Shown here: piece by piece, positions 44,795-55,046 of the stretch
How the letters are laid out: each line of letters begins with the position of its first letter
Numbering within the stretch: the first letter of the stretch is position 1
Assembly: GCA_031548905.1 (NCBI GenBank)
Contig: JAVBQP010000034.1
Location: 46,746-110,745, forward strand
Length of the DNA: 64,000 bases
Source of the DNA: Desulfovibrio sp.
GTDB taxonomy: Bacteria > Desulfobacterota > Desulfovibrionia > Desulfovibrionales > Desulfovibrionaceae
Direction: 5' to 3'
The notes under the pieces: model-generated
The model's input: only the letters and a program-made list of their open reading frames with translations
What the model was told of the DNA's origin: nothing
Databases searched by the model: none
Made by a program: the position numbers and the translations under genes

Positions 44795-44880
44795 ACGATA
44801 CTGAAGATACCGGGAGAGGAACGCGCGAGTGAATCCATCCTCTCCCGGCCGGCTCCTTCCCTTCCTTCCGAGGAGCCGTA

Positions 44881-44921
44881 CCAAGAAAACGCCCGGCTGT
44901 GCCGGGCGTTTTCTTGGTTTT
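44881..44921 (+). terminator. Rho-independent terminator of nrfHA
   Basis: CCAAGAAAACGCCCGGC-TGT-GCCGGGCGTTTTCTTGG followed by TTTT. Confidence 0.75.
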
Positions 44922-45042
44922 GCCGCCGGATTCGGTCTCAATATTCGCACCTTCAACTCACCCGGTATCTTGATACTTGTCGCCAACGGGGGAGGCGGTG
45001 TTTGCGCCTGCATAATCAATCCTCCTCCAGTCAACCAATCAA

Positions 45043-46557
45043 TCACCCGCCGGTGGGCGCAATGGCCGGGAACTCCTCGTCCCCGTCATCCGTGTGCTTC
45101 TTATAAAGGAAGGTCGGGCGCGGGGCACTCGGGTTCATGGGGTTGTTCCACATCAGGTCGTACAGGTCCGGGTTGAACGCGGGGTTGACGTTCCGGCGGG
45201 CGGCGTTCCAGCAGTCCTCGCGGATCAGGGTATACCCCGGCGCGGGCATCTTGGCGACGCGCCCCGAGCTCCAGCCGCACTCGGCGGGCAGGTGGGCCTG
45301 CCACTCGTCGTCCGTCAGGCCCCAGGCCAGGCGCCGGATGCGGGTTTTGTCCCAGTGCTTCTCGGGCTCGAACGAGAATGCGTCCCGGCCGGTGTGGTAC
45401 TTGTAGTAGAAATGCATACCCCGGTGCACGATGAGCAGGGGGATGCCCTTGGGCGCGAGTGCCTCGGTCATCGCGGCGTAGGCGCGTAAGGAATCGTCGC
45501 GTTCGGGAGGGTAGAGTGCGGGCAGCCGCGCAAAGGCGCAGAGCACGGCCGCCGGGAGCAGGGCAAAGACCACGCTCCTCGGCGGAAAGCGTCTCTCCTC
45601 GTCTTTGTAAAGCAGAAAGCAGCTCAGAAGAACCAGAAACGGGCAGAGCAGGGCGAACCGCTCGCCGAAGTTGAAGGTTTCCGTCCCGAAGGCGGGCATG
45701 GCGACGGTGGCCGTGAGCAGGGCCGGCAGGAGGAGGCGCTTTTTTTTTCCCCAATGCAGGCACACCTGGATGCAGAACACGATGAGCGCGAAGATGAGTT
45801 CCGCCTGGATGGGCGAAGGCAGGTTTTTCTCGCCCAGCAGGGCGATGATCCCCGGCGTGTAGGCGGAGGTTTTCAGGCGGAGGAGATCCGCGCGGTGCGG
45901 CGCATCCGTCGCGAAAAGCGCCCAGAGCAGGAAAAAGGCCGCCACGCAGCCGGCCGCGACGAGCAGGCGGCGCGGCGGCAGGGGAATTTTCCCGGCCAGG
46001 GCCGGGAGCAGCAGGGCGCAGCCCGCGACCCCGGCATACACCAGGGCGGACTTGTGCAGCAAGGCGGCCAGGCAGACAAGCGCGGCCAGGGGCGCGAGGC
46101 GCGTGTGCCTGCCGTCGATGAACAGGAACCAGGCTGCGAAGGCAATCAGGAACGAGAAGTTTTTCGGGAACTCAACGGCCAGGAACAGGATCGTGGGTGA
46201 GGCCAGGGCCCAGGCGAACAGGCACACGGCCAGGCTTCGGGAGCGGCAGCGCCGCAGGAGGAGCAGCAGCGTGGCGTAGAAGAGCGCGAGGGAGCAGGCC
46301 GTCCAGGCCCGCACGGCGTTTTCCGCGCTCAGACCGCAGAAGGTCAGGGCGGCGATCGCGTAATGCACAAGGCCGGAATCCGGAATCCGGAGCCGGCCGG
46401 TGTGGGCCAGAAAATCGGCCTGGACGGCGTAGTAATAGGCGTCGAAACCGGGCAGGAAATCCCGGCCGAGCAGTGTCACAAGGAGTTCCACAACGGCGAT
46501 CGCGGCCGCCGCCGCGCAGGGGAGCGCGAAACGGCCGCCTAGGGCCCCGGCTCGCAC
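45043..46557 (-). CDS. Polytopic membrane protein, possible GT-C-fold glycosyltransferase
   Basis: 504 aa with more than 10 predicted TM helices, then a soluble C-terminal domain. An early DxYYY-like segment (GFDAYYYAVQ). The functional call is tentative. Confidence 0.65.
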   Translation of the reverse strand: MRAGALGGRFALPCAAAAAIAVVELLVTLLGRDFLPGFDAYYYAVQADFLAHTGRLRIPDSGLVHYAIAALTFCGLSAENAVRAWTACSLALFYATLLLLLRRCRSRSLAVCLFAWALASPTILFLAVEFPKNFSFLIAFAAWFLFIDGRHTRLAPLAALVCLAALLHKSALVYAGVAGCALLLPALAGKIPLPPRRLLVAAGCVAAFFLLWALFATDAPHRADLLRLKTSAYTPGIIALLGEKNLPSPIQAELIFALIVFCIQVCLHWGKKKRLLLPALLTATVAMPAFGTETFNFGERFALLCPFLVLLSCFLLYKDEERRFPPRSVVFALLPAAVLCAFARLPALYPPERDDSLRAYAAMTEALAPKGIPLLIVHRGMHFYYKYHTGRDAFSFEPEKHWDKTRIRRLAWGLTDDEWQAHLPAECGWSSGRVAKMPAPGYTLIREDCWNAARRNVNPAFNPDLYDLMWNNPMNPSAPRPTFLYKKHTDDGDEEFPAIAPTGG

Positions 46558-48227
46558 GTATGCACCTTTGCGACGGGCAGGAGGATATCGGAATAAACGT
46601 CGGAAACAACGCAGACCGGGTTGACTTCCAGCAGGCGGGCGTCGAGCTTGTCCAGGGCTTCCTCCAGGCTGTCGCCGGTGAAGACGACGCGGGAAAAATC
46701 GTCTTCACGCAGCCCGGCCACGACGGAGAACATGTGGGGCTCGCCGGAAGCGCCCCATTCCGAAACGGGCGTCCGCCCGGCGGAAAGGAGCAGCAGGTTC
46801 GCGCGCTCGCGCTTGTCCAGGTCCGCATAGTGCCGGATGGTCATGACGGACTGGAAAATGCGGGGCTGCCGGGCCGGGTCCGGTTTTGTGGGACGGGCCG
46901 AGTCAGGCAGGTAGAATGCCTCCGAGAAGTTCGTGTCTATGGGGTACTTTTTCCCGAACAGGCGCACGGCGTTGGTGCCGGTCACCTCCCAGCCGCCCTC
47001 GACCACCGAAGTGCCCGAGTCACCGGTCTCGTTCGTGTAAATGACAAAACCGCCGTTGCTCCGCAAGCGCATGGACGCGTCCGGGCAGAACGCGAAGCCG
47101 TCGAGGGGGCCTTCCCCCTCCGGATGCCTGTAAGCTTCCAGGCCGAGCCGGGCGAAGGTCGTATCCCGCGCGAAGTCGAGGGAGGCCGGAATGTCCGGCG
47201 CGGGCGGCGCGACCTGGGGCAGGAGAATGCGTCCGTCCGGGGCCAGAAGGCGCAACTCGGAAACGAGCACGTCTTTGTAGCTGCCGCCGGGGTAGATCGC
47301 CGCGATGCCCAAGGCCAGCTTGTCCGTGGTCACGGGGGCGGGCAGGGCGACCATCTGCGGTCCCTGGACGTCTTTCACGGCAACATCCCGATCATTGACC
47401 CGCAGGCGTTTGACCCGGCCGTTGGCCTTGTAGTGGGTGGCGGAGCGCTGGTAGCCGTTCCAGATCATCAGCCCGCCCACGGTTTGCGGCGTGTCGAAGG
47501 CCAGGGTCACGGACTCGCCGACCCCCGGTGAGGTCTTGCCGTTGGTGGACCAGGCCATGTCCACCTGCGAGTCGAAAAGGTGCGAGGCGTCGTAGGCGAA
47601 GCCCGGCTCCAGGGTCGAGGTGGCGGTGGCCGTGGCCGACACGACCAGGGGCAGACGCAAGGCGATGGGCTTGGCCTTGTCGCGGGGATCCCCCGCGCTG
47701 AAAAAGCGGATGGAGTGGATTCGGACGGGCGCGGCGGCGGAGGCGTCGTTCAGCTTGATGAACACCGACTTGGCCGCATAGTCGGCCGAACCGTCACTCC
47801 CCATGACGGAAGCGACGAACCGCACCCTGCCGTTCTCCGGCGCGTCGAGCCCCGACTGGATATACAGGAGCTCGTCGGACGATTCGCCGGTTGCCGCCGG
47901 GGTTTTGGCTTCCGATGTTTTGGCGTCGAGATAGACCCGCAGCGGCACGCCGTTGCCGGGGTGGTCGACCATGATTTCAATATGCCGCAGGCGGAGAGGT
48001 TCTCGAAATTGGAGCTGGATGCCCTCGTTCAGGCCGCCGTCGCGGCCCATGGGCGACCACCAGCCGGTACAGGCCGGGTCCAGCAGGCAGATCATGGAGG
48101 AGGAGCCCTCGGCGGAACTGGTCGCGGCCGCGGCCACCAGCTCGGGCGGGAGCTCCGCCGTGGCCGCCCGGCCGGCCGTGGCCGCCGGCAGAAGGAACAG
48201 CACCGCGCAGGCTATGAATGCTTTCAT
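46539..48227 (-). CDS. Secreted protein with discoidin/F5-8-type-C-like (glycan-binding-like) domains
   Basis: Signal peptide MKAFIACAVLFLLPAATAGRAATA. The segment WSTNGKTSPGVGESVTLAFDTPQTVGGLMIWNGY is typical of discoidin-like modules. Confidence 0.65.
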   Translation of the reverse strand: MKAFIACAVLFLLPAATAGRAATAELPPELVAAAATSSAEGSSSMICLLDPACTGWWSPMGRDGGLNEGIQLQFREPLRLRHIEIMVDHPGNGVPLRVYLDAKTSEAKTPAATGESSDELLYIQSGLDAPENGRVRFVASVMGSDGSADYAAKSVFIKLNDASAAAPVRIHSIRFFSAGDPRDKAKPIALRLPLVVSATATATSTLEPGFAYDASHLFDSQVDMAWSTNGKTSPGVGESVTLAFDTPQTVGGLMIWNGYQRSATHYKANGRVKRLRVNDRDVAVKDVQGPQMVALPAPVTTDKLALGIAAIYPGGSYKDVLVSELRLLAPDGRILLPQVAPPAPDIPASLDFARDTTFARLGLEAYRHPEGEGPLDGFAFCPDASMRLRSNGGFVIYTNETGDSGTSVVEGGWEVTGTNAVRLFGKKYPIDTNFSEAFYLPDSARPTKPDPARQPRIFQSVMTIRHYADLDKRERANLLLLSAGRTPVSEWGASGEPHMFSVVAGLREDDFSRVVFTGDSLEEALDKLDARLLEVNPVCVVSDVYSDILLPVAKVHTCEPGP

Positions 48228-49075
48228 GTCGTTTCTCCATCTTTCCCGCCACCCTCAGGCAGCATGGGGCTGTACAGCATCAGGGCGTCGTTGGCGGTGA
48301 TGAATTCTTCCCGGGTTTCCCGCGTGTTCAGGCGGGTGACCGTCCGGTAAATCTCGTTGTGCCGGGTGTAGCCGCCCCAAGGCTGGGAGCACATCCGGTG
48401 GTTCCGCTCGAACACGGCGTAAACACACTCGGCCGGGGCGTCACACCGCCACTCGCCGCGCAGCCGGCTGTCGTCCAGCCCCACCCGCAGTTGGAAACGG
48501 CTTCCGGTGGGGTTGTGGATTTGCAAATCCACGTAATTGTAAGCCACGGTGGCCCCGCTGCCGAAAGGCTGCGTCCTGTCCGCGTCGGGGAACACGTCGT
48601 AGCTGTGCCGGCTGCGCTCCACCACCCGGAGCGGGGAGTGCAGGGTCATCCAGTAAATCAGGTTGGAAAGCTGGCACAGCCCGCCGCCAGTACCCGCCCG
48701 CAGGCCGCCCTGGCACAGGACCAACCCCTCGAGGTACCCCCGGTTTTTCGTGGGGTTGCCGATAAGCTTCCAAAAAGAGAACGTTTCGCCCGGCTCAAGC
48801 AGAAGGCCGTCGATGCATCGGGCGGCAAGGGCGAGGTTGCGCTTCTTGTTTTCCTGCAGATGCATGTCGAGGTTACGCAGGGGTCGTACCAGGGGCGAGG
48901 AATGGGCGCAGACGGGGTACGCGAGCGACGCGTTCGAGCGGGCGGCAGCGTAGCGGGTGGAGGAAAAATACCAGGACAGGCGGCGTTTCCAACTGAAATA
49001 CGCCTTGCCGAGGCGCAGCCGGAGCCGGGAGCGCCGCGCGGGCCGCTGGATATGTGGGGTCGGATTGTTCGGCAT
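48224..49075 (-). CDS. VanW family protein
   Basis: ATG at 49075. ETFSFWKLIGNPTKNRGYLEGLVL..GGGLCQLSNLIYW matches the VanW domain pattern. Confidence 0.8.
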   Translation of the reverse strand: MPNNPTPHIQRPARRSRLRLRLGKAYFSWKRRLSWYFSSTRYAAARSNASLAYPVCAHSSPLVRPLRNLDMHLQENKKRNLALAARCIDGLLLEPGETFSFWKLIGNPTKNRGYLEGLVLCQGGLRAGTGGGLCQLSNLIYWMTLHSPLRVVERSRHSYDVFPDADRTQPFGSGATVAYNYVDLQIHNPTGSRFQLRVGLDDSRLRGEWRCDAPAECVYAVFERNHRMCSQPWGGYTRHNEIYRTVTRLNTRETREEFITANDALMLYSPMLPEGGGKDGETT

Positions 49076-49128
49076 GAAGGTTCGCCGCCGCTGGCCGGCT
49101 GTAAGGAGAGACGCGTTCGCCGAAAGGG

Positions 49129-49728
49129 TCAACGCATACCGAGTTGATAGGCCGCGAGCCCCACGACTTCCCGCGCCACGGAGTACACGTCCCGCCACTC
49201 CACGTAATGGGCGTAAGCCGTGCCCACATCCGTGATCCCGGCGGCCGCAAAGGCCAGCCGGCAACGGGGCAGATGAAAATACTGGCTCACGGCGATGACC
49301 CGCCGCAGACCGTGGGTCCGGGCGAAGTCCGCCGTGAACTCCGCCGTGGCCCTGGTGTTGCGGCCGCTCGAATCGGCCACCAGGGCGGAAGCGGGCACAC
49401 CCAACCCGGCCAGGTACGCCGTGCCCGCCAGGGCTTCGTCCCGGCCTTCCCGGCCCACGCCGCCGCTGACGATGATCAGGGGTACCCGGCCCTGGCGGTA
49501 CAATTCCAGGGCGCGGTCCAGGCGGGCCTGGAAGCGCGGCGACAAGACGCCGCCCGGCTCCACGGCGTTGCCGAGGACCACGGCGGCGCCGGCCGGGGCG
49601 TCGTCTTCCGCCAGGCCCCACAAGCACAGGCCCACGGCGGCCGCCAGGTACAACCCGGCGCACAGGCTCAGAAGCAGGCCCGCGCGCCGGAAAAAGGTTC
49701 GTTTGGACGATGAGGGGGCGGCGGTCAT
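49129..49728 (-). CDS. YdcF/SanA (DUF218) family envelope protein
   Basis: N-terminal anchor, then the LIIVSGG...SRNTRATAEF...VSQYFHLPR DUF218 pattern. Confidence 0.8.
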   Translation of the reverse strand: MTAAPSSSKRTFFRRAGLLLSLCAGLYLAAAVGLCLWGLAEDDAPAGAAVVLGNAVEPGGVLSPRFQARLDRALELYRQGRVPLIIVSGGVGREGRDEALAGTAYLAGLGVPASALVADSSGRNTRATAEFTADFARTHGLRRVIAVSQYFHLPRCRLAFAAAGITDVGTAYAHYVEWRDVYSVAREVVGLAAYQLGMR

Positions 49729-50357
49729 TTCTCCCGCTTGGCCGCGTGTTCCGCCACCCAGGGGGAGAGCTTGGCCAGACCCTGGGAAAGAGCGCTTTCG
49801 CAGGCGCGGGCCAGATCGTCGGGCTTGGTGCCGGAGGCCCTGGCCGCTGTGCGCACGGTCATGGAGGCGACAATGGAGCCGTTGTTGAGATCCAGAAGTT
49901 GGAAAGAAGCCTCGAACTCCGCCGTGGGCACATCACCTTCACGCTCGTAGTGCAGGCCGAAGCCGCGCACAGTGGAAAGCAGCTTGAGCCCGGCGGAAAT
50001 ACCGGCGCTTTCATCCGAAACGCCCTGGAATACTCCGGAGGCATTCAGGGTGTCGATATACGCGCCCTGAAGGAGGGACGGGGTCGGGGCGGTCCAGCGG
50101 GCGTCGGCCAGGTAGCGGACCTCGCGCCGGCCGAAGACCAAGGCGATCTGGTCGGTGTCCAGATCGCGCCCGGTGGCGGGCAGGCCCACGATAATCTGGC
50201 CCCGGGCCGGGGCGGATGCCGTCCGCGCCGGCAGATCCGGGCGCAGTTGCAGGCGGGCCGGGGCCGGGCCGGGATTCAGAATGCCGCCGCAGCCGGCCGA
50301 AGTGAGGACCAGAAGGAGCGGCAACAGCGAAAAAAGGCGCTTGGCGGTGGTGTTCAT
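49725..50357 (-). CDS. ABC-type transport auxiliary lipoprotein (PqiC/YmbA-like, DUF330)
   Basis: Lipobox LTSAGC. 210 aa, overlapping the mlaD-like stop by 4 nt. Confidence 0.7.
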   Translation of the reverse strand: MNTTAKRLFSLLPLLLVLTSAGCGGILNPGPAPARLQLRPDLPARTASAPARGQIIVGLPATGRDLDTDQIALVFGRREVRYLADARWTAPTPSLLQGAYIDTLNASGVFQGVSDESAGISAGLKLLSTVRGFGLHYEREGDVPTAEFEASFQLLDLNNGSIVASMTVRTAARASGTKPDDLARACESALSQGLAKLSPWVAEHAAKREK

Positions 50358-51241
50358 CGGCTTTGGTACTCCTGAACCGGGTCGCCGAAGAGGAAGCGGC
50401 GCGGGTCGTTCTCAAGTTTCTGGCCGACACGGGTCAGCACGTGCATCAGGTTGCGGGCCTCGACCAGGAGCATCCGCAGCTCGCTGAGGCCCTCGCGGGA
50501 GAATTGCTTCATACCCGGCTCAAGGGACTTCATGGTCTCGTCCGCGCGCCGGGCGGCCCGGCCGAGCGCCTCGCCGGTGGCCAGCAGATCGTCGCCGGCC
50601 TTGCCCACGAGCACCTGCAAGTCGCGGGAGGTTTTCTCCGCATGGGTCAGGATGGCGTCGATGGAGTCGGCTCGGTTCGCCAGGGCGGCGGTGATTTTAT
50701 CCAGAGAGGCCACGGTGTTGTTGATGTGGGCAATATTTTCGTCCGAGAGCACCAACTCCAGGCGGCGCAGCAGGGCGTTGACGTTGGCCAGGGTTTCCGG
50801 CACGCGGTTGACCACGGCCGTGAGCGGCGAGGGCGTGTAGCGGATGGTCCCGGCTTTTCCTTCCGCGGGGCGGCTCAAGGGGCTGCCCGCCGTGCCTCCG
50901 GAAATGCTGATCACCGAAATGCCGGTCAGACCCTGCAACTCGAGCTTGGCCTCGGAGTCTTCCCGCACCGGAGTCTCGGCGTCGATGCCCACACGCACCG
51001 TGACCGCGCCCGGCGTGGTCTGGCTGATCCGGATGCCGGTGACCGCGCCCACCCGGATACCGGTGAAGAGCACATCGTTGCCCACGGAAAGGCCCTTGAC
51101 GCTCTCGTTGAAGGAAATGTCGTAGTACGCCAGGAGCACGTCCTTGCTGGATTTGGCGCTCCACAGGGTAAAGATGAAGCCGCCGAACAGCACGGCCAGG
51201 GTGAAGGCTCCTACGATGATATAATTGGCGCGTATTTCCAC
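50354..51241 (-). CDS. mlaD: MlaD/MCE-domain protein
   Basis: GTG at 51241 gives VEIRANYIIVGAFTL, the canonical MlaD N-terminus. MCE domain GLSVGNDVLFTGIRVG. Confidence 0.85.
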   Translation of the reverse strand: MEIRANYIIVGAFTLAVLFGGFIFTLWSAKSSKDVLLAYYDISFNESVKGLSVGNDVLFTGIRVGAVTGIRISQTTPGAVTVRVGIDAETPVREDSEAKLELQGLTGISVISISGGTAGSPLSRPAEGKAGTIRYTPSPLTAVVNRVPETLANVNALLRRLELVLSDENIAHINNTVASLDKITAALANRADSIDAILTHAEKTSRDLQVLVGKAGDDLLATGEALGRAARRADETMKSLEPGMKQFSREGLSELRMLLVEARNLMHVLTRVGQKLENDPRRFLFGDPVQEYQSR

Positions 51242-51394
51242 GGCGTTCTCCCGCTGGTTATCCGAGCGTATTTCCACCCGGCGCGGCGCCGGAACGGCGG
51301 CCGAGGCGCATCGCCCCGCCGCCGAAGGGGATTGCAAAGGGAATCATTCCCTCTGCCCGCCGGAGGCATGAACAAATTCTCTCCACCCCGTATC

Positions 51395-52159
51395 TCATCC
51401 CGCCAACCCGGCCGCCCGGCCGCGCGGGCCGGTGAAGTATTCGCGAATCCAGGGGTGGTCGACCTTGAGCAGGTTGGGGATGGTATCGACCGCATAGATG
51501 CGTTTTTCCGCCAGCACGGCGACCCGATCGCAAATGGCGTGCAGGGAATCGAGATCGTGCGTGACCAGGCAGACCGTCAACCCCAGGGTGGAGCGCAGGG
51601 TCAGGATCAACTGGTCGAACGCGGCCGCGCTCAAGGGGTCCAGGCCGGCGGTGGGTTCGTCCAGAAGCAGGATCGCCGGGTCCATTGCCAGGGCGCGGGC
51701 CAGGCCGGCCCGCTTTTTCATGCCCCCGGAGAGCTCGCCGGGGAACTTGTCGAAGGCCGAGGGCGGCAGGCCGACCATGTCGACCTTCATCCGGGCCACG
51801 TCCGCGATAAAATTCTTTGAAAGCCTGGTGAACTCGCGCAAAGGGAAGGAGGTGTTCTCCCCCACGGTGAGGGAGGAGAACAGGGCCCCGTCCTGAAAGA
51901 GCACGCCCCATTTACGGCGGGTGGCGGCTTTTTCTTCCGGGCCCGCGGTGTTCATGTCCACGCCGTCGATGACGATGGCACCTTCGGCTTGGCGGTTCAA
52001 GCCCAGGATGGTCCGCAGCAGCACCGACTTGCCCGTGCCCGAGCCGCCGATGAGGCCGATGATCTCGCCCCGGCGGATGTCCAGGTCCAGGTGCTCGTGA
52101 ACCGCGAATGTTCCGAAACGGTTGGTGATGTTTTTGAGGGAGATGATCGCGTCGCTCAT
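51395..52159 (-). CDS. mlaF: ABC transporter ATP-binding protein MlaF-like
   Basis: Walker A GGSGTGKS, signature LSGGMKKR, Walker B LLLDEPTAGLD. Confidence 0.9.
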   Translation of the reverse strand: MSDAIISLKNITNRFGTFAVHEHLDLDIRRGEIIGLIGGSGTGKSVLLRTILGLNRQAEGAIVIDGVDMNTAGPEEKAATRRKWGVLFQDGALFSSLTVGENTSFPLREFTRLSKNFIADVARMKVDMVGLPPSAFDKFPGELSGGMKKRAGLARALAMDPAILLLDEPTAGLDPLSAAAFDQLILTLRSTLGLTVCLVTHDLDSLHAICDRVAVLAEKRIYAVDTIPNLLKVDHPWIREYFTGPRGRAAGLAG

Positions 52160-52166
52160 GCTTCCC

Positions 52167-53318
52167 TCAGATCCCGATGGTGGTGAAAAAGATGGCGAAC
52201 AGGGCGTCGACCAGGATGACGATGAAGATCGCCTCGACCACGGCCACGGTGGTCAGGAACCCGACCGAGGCCGCGCTGGAGGTGGCCCGGAAGCCCTGGA
52301 AGCAGCCCACGACTCCGATGATCAGGGCGAAGACCGGGGTTTTGACCATGCCCACCAGGAAATTCTTCAATTGGGCCACGTTGTGGAACTGGGTGATGAA
52401 GGCCCCGAAGCCGAGATCCATCGAGTACCAGATGGCCACGGCCCCGCCGAGCAGCGCGGCCAGGTCGGCCAGAAAGACCAGCATGGGCAGGGTGAGCATC
52501 AAGGCCAGCACCCGGGGCACCACAAGCAGATCCATGGGGTCCAGGCCCATGGAGCGCATGGCCGCCACTTCCTCGTTGGCCACCATGGCTCCGATCTGGG
52601 CGGTGAACGACGAACTGGAGCGCCCGGCCACGACAATGGCGGTGATCAGCACCCCCATCTCGCGCATGATGGTCACTTCCAGCAGGTTGACGGCAAAGAC
52701 CTGGGCCCCGAACTTGGCGAGCTCCTCCGCGCCCATGTAAGCCACAACCATACCGATGAGAAAGGTCAGCAGGGCCACGATGGGCACGGCCCGCAGGCCG
52801 GTCTGCTCCATGTGAAAGACCAGGGAGGTGACGCGCAGGCGGGCGGGGTTGAGCAGGGTCCGGGCGAGAAAGGTCAGGTAATGGCCGAGAAAGCCCAGCA
52901 ACTGCCCGCCCATGTGAAGCTCGTCGAGCACCCGCTTGCCGGTGTTCGCGACAAAACGCACCGGGAAGGAGGCCCGCGGGTCGGATGATGGCGCGTCTTC
53001 CGGCTCAGGCAGGTGTGAGGTGTTCAGCAGGTGGCTTCGGCGCTCGTCCAGGCCGGAAAAGACAGTCGGTTTGCCCGCCAGATCCAGGGCGGCCTTGCCC
53101 TGGTTCAGCAACAGGGCGCCGGCCGTGTCCAGGCCGGCCAGGGCGCCCAGATCGATGGTCACCGGGCCGGTGGCGCCGCGGAGCGCCGCCCGGAAATCGC
53201 CTTCCACCATATGCAGGGTATGGGTGGCCCAGGTTCCGGAAAGTTCCAGAAGCAGACGGCCCTGCTCCGTTCGGCGGGCTACGCGGGGTGATTGGGAAGT
53301 GGGGAACTGATCAACCAT
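52167..53318 (-). CDS. mlaE: MlaE-family ABC permease with an N-terminal STAS-like domain
   Basis: C-terminal 260 aa match the MlaE permease pattern. The N-terminal about 110 aa (LLLELSGTWA...IDLGALAGLDTAGALLL) look STAS/MlaB-like. Confidence 0.9.
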   Translation of the reverse strand: MVDQFPTSQSPRVARRTEQGRLLLELSGTWATHTLHMVEGDFRAALRGATGPVTIDLGALAGLDTAGALLLNQGKAALDLAGKPTVFSGLDERRSHLLNTSHLPEPEDAPSSDPRASFPVRFVANTGKRVLDELHMGGQLLGFLGHYLTFLARTLLNPARLRVTSLVFHMEQTGLRAVPIVALLTFLIGMVVAYMGAEELAKFGAQVFAVNLLEVTIMREMGVLITAIVVAGRSSSSFTAQIGAMVANEEVAAMRSMGLDPMDLLVVPRVLALMLTLPMLVFLADLAALLGGAVAIWYSMDLGFGAFITQFHNVAQLKNFLVGMVKTPVFALIIGVVGCFQGFRATSSAASVGFLTTVAVVEAIFIVILVDALFAIFFTTIGI

Positions 53319-53434
53319 GAAGCGTATCCGGCAAAAGATTTACCGCCCGAAAGCGGCGCGGAAAAAGATTCCCCCACGGAGGCGCAACTTCCGTAACGGC
53401 CGCCGGCATTGGAGAAGCCGCCGGGCCAAAACGC

Positions 53435-53725
53435 TCAGGGGCGCTCTTCGTCCCAGTCGTCATCCAGAAGGCGGTAGCTGCGCACCATAAGATACCGGCG
53501 CGGGGGGTCATCTTCACCCTCGTCCCCCGGCGTTTCAAGGCCGGAGACTTCCACCCCGGCGCTGATATGGCCGAGCAGGTCGACGCCCGCGCCTTTATGC
53601 AGCACAAAAAAATCCTGCCCGGCATTCTGCCCCGATTCAGACACGATGGCCACCCGGATGCCCTCCCGCCCAGTGACGGGACTTACCCAGCCCGTGACGG
53701 TGACCAGCTTTTGCTCCCCGTTCAT
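53435..53725 (-). CDS. Hypothetical small protein
   Basis: 96-aa ORF with GC3-rich codon bias and an acidic C-terminus. No recognisable family. Confidence 0.45.
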   Translation of the reverse strand: MNGEQKLVTVTGWVSPVTGREGIRVAIVSESGQNAGQDFFVLHKGAGVDLLGHISAGVEVSGLETPGDEGEDDPPRRYLMVRSYRLLDDDWDEERP

Positions 53726-53981
53726 TCTACAACCTGCTGCGGTATGGTTGCGGCGTTTTTGTCATCTCGCGGCTCCGATTCCGGGCGGTTCCTCAATGAA
53801 ATCGTCCGGTCGTAGCCGAAACTCGTCTTCCTATGCCACGGAAACAGGCCGGGCGCAAGGGTTCGCCTGGAGTGGAGTCGGTCCCCGGACAACCGGGAGC
53901 CGCGCAGCGCGGCAATAAAATTGATTTGCCGTAATCACCTTGGGTTTGATTCGGCGGCCTCCGCGGGGAGCGGGCGCGGCG

Positions 53982-54815
53982 CTATTCGGCCTTTGCCTGT
54001 TGCCGCGTCCAGGCGGCGACCCGGCTTTCGGCCTCTTTGCGCGCGGCATTCCGTCCGGCCTCGTCCAGGTCGGCCGTCAACTCGGCCTCCGGGGGCAGCA
54101 GGTCTTCCCGAAAACCGGCCTGCTTGCAGATTAGATACCAGGCCAGGGCTTTGATCGGATCTTTGGGGCGGCCGCCGAGTCCCTCCTTATACAGAAAGAG
54201 CAGATTGCGCATGGCGTCCGCGCTGCCCGCCCCGGCGGCGGCGGTGAAGCGCACCTCGGCCGCGCCGGCATCCTGGGGAACGCCGAACAGGCCCTTCAGG
54301 TCCACCAGGGCCAGATCGTTCAGGGCCTGGGCGTGGCCGGCATCCGCCGCCTTGGTCAGGGCTTCCAGACCCTTGGCCTCGTCTTTGGGCAAGCCGAGAC
54401 CGGTAAAGTACATGCCGGCCAGCTTGTAGGAGGCCTGGGCCAGGCCCTTTTCCGCGGCCAGGCGGTACTGGGCCACGGCCCTGTCCAGGTTGACCGCCGT
54501 GCCCATGCCTATCTCGTAGCAGATGCCGACGTTATAAACCGCTTCGGGCAGGCCCGCGTCGCCCGCCTTGCGGTACCATTCAAGGGCTTTGCCGAAGTTG
54601 CGCTCCACCCCGAACCCATTCTCGTACAAAGCGCCCAGGCGCAGCATGGCGGGAAGGTCGCCTTTTTCGGCCCGTACGAGCACTGCGGCGAAAACGGCCG
54701 CCGGAGAAACGGCCTGCCCGGGGACCGGGCTTGCAGGGGAGTTCGCGGCGAAGGCCGAGGTGCAAACGAAAAATACCAGGAACACAGCGAGGATGCCGGT
54801 CTGCGCACGGGACAT
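53982..54815 (-). CDS. Sel1-repeat (TPR-like) periplasmic protein
   Basis: ATG at 54815 gives signal peptide MSRAQTGILAVFLVFFVCTSAFA. Repeated Sel1 units (A..WYRKAGDAG...A.YN.G..Y..G.G). Confidence 0.85.
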   Translation of the reverse strand: MSRAQTGILAVFLVFFVCTSAFAANSPASPVPGQAVSPAAVFAAVLVRAEKGDLPAMLRLGALYENGFGVERNFGKALEWYRKAGDAGLPEAVYNVGICYEIGMGTAVNLDRAVAQYRLAAEKGLAQASYKLAGMYFTGLGLPKDEAKGLEALTKAADAGHAQALNDLALVDLKGLFGVPQDAGAAEVRFTAAAGAGSADAMRNLLFLYKEGLGGRPKDPIKALAWYLICKQAGFREDLLPPEAELTADLDEAGRNAARKEAESRVAAWTRQQAKAE

Positions 54816-55046
54816 GAGGCCTCCAGAATACGGATGGTCGGGAACGGTAGCGCATATCGGTCGGAATGTCATGCCCCCTGGTTTACAACTTGCGGCCCTT
54901 TGTTTTTTTCGCGGATCTTTGAGTTGATTTCCTAGCCGCCGAAGGCTACTCTCGGGCCTCGACGTGCGCGGCGCCCGCCGCCTTTTCAAAGCATTCCCAC
55001 AGCCGTCCACCATGCCGTCCCGCGCGGCGGAGAACAGGAGAAGTCA

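Noticed and set aside
51230-51278. 12-nt direct repeat GCGTATTTCCAC occurring twice at the 5-prime end of mlaD, giving two in-frame VEIR starts.
   Set aside because: It is probably a small local duplication. Only the downstream GTG (51241) yields the canonical MlaD N-terminus directly followed by the TM helix. It is not judged biologically notable.
53726-53981. 256-bp GC-rich spacer with small hairpins, considered as a riboswitch or small RNA upstream of the 96-aa ORF.
   Set aside because: I could not match it to any riboswitch, SRP, 6S, tmRNA or RNase P consensus by eye. Without covariance-model searches there is no support.
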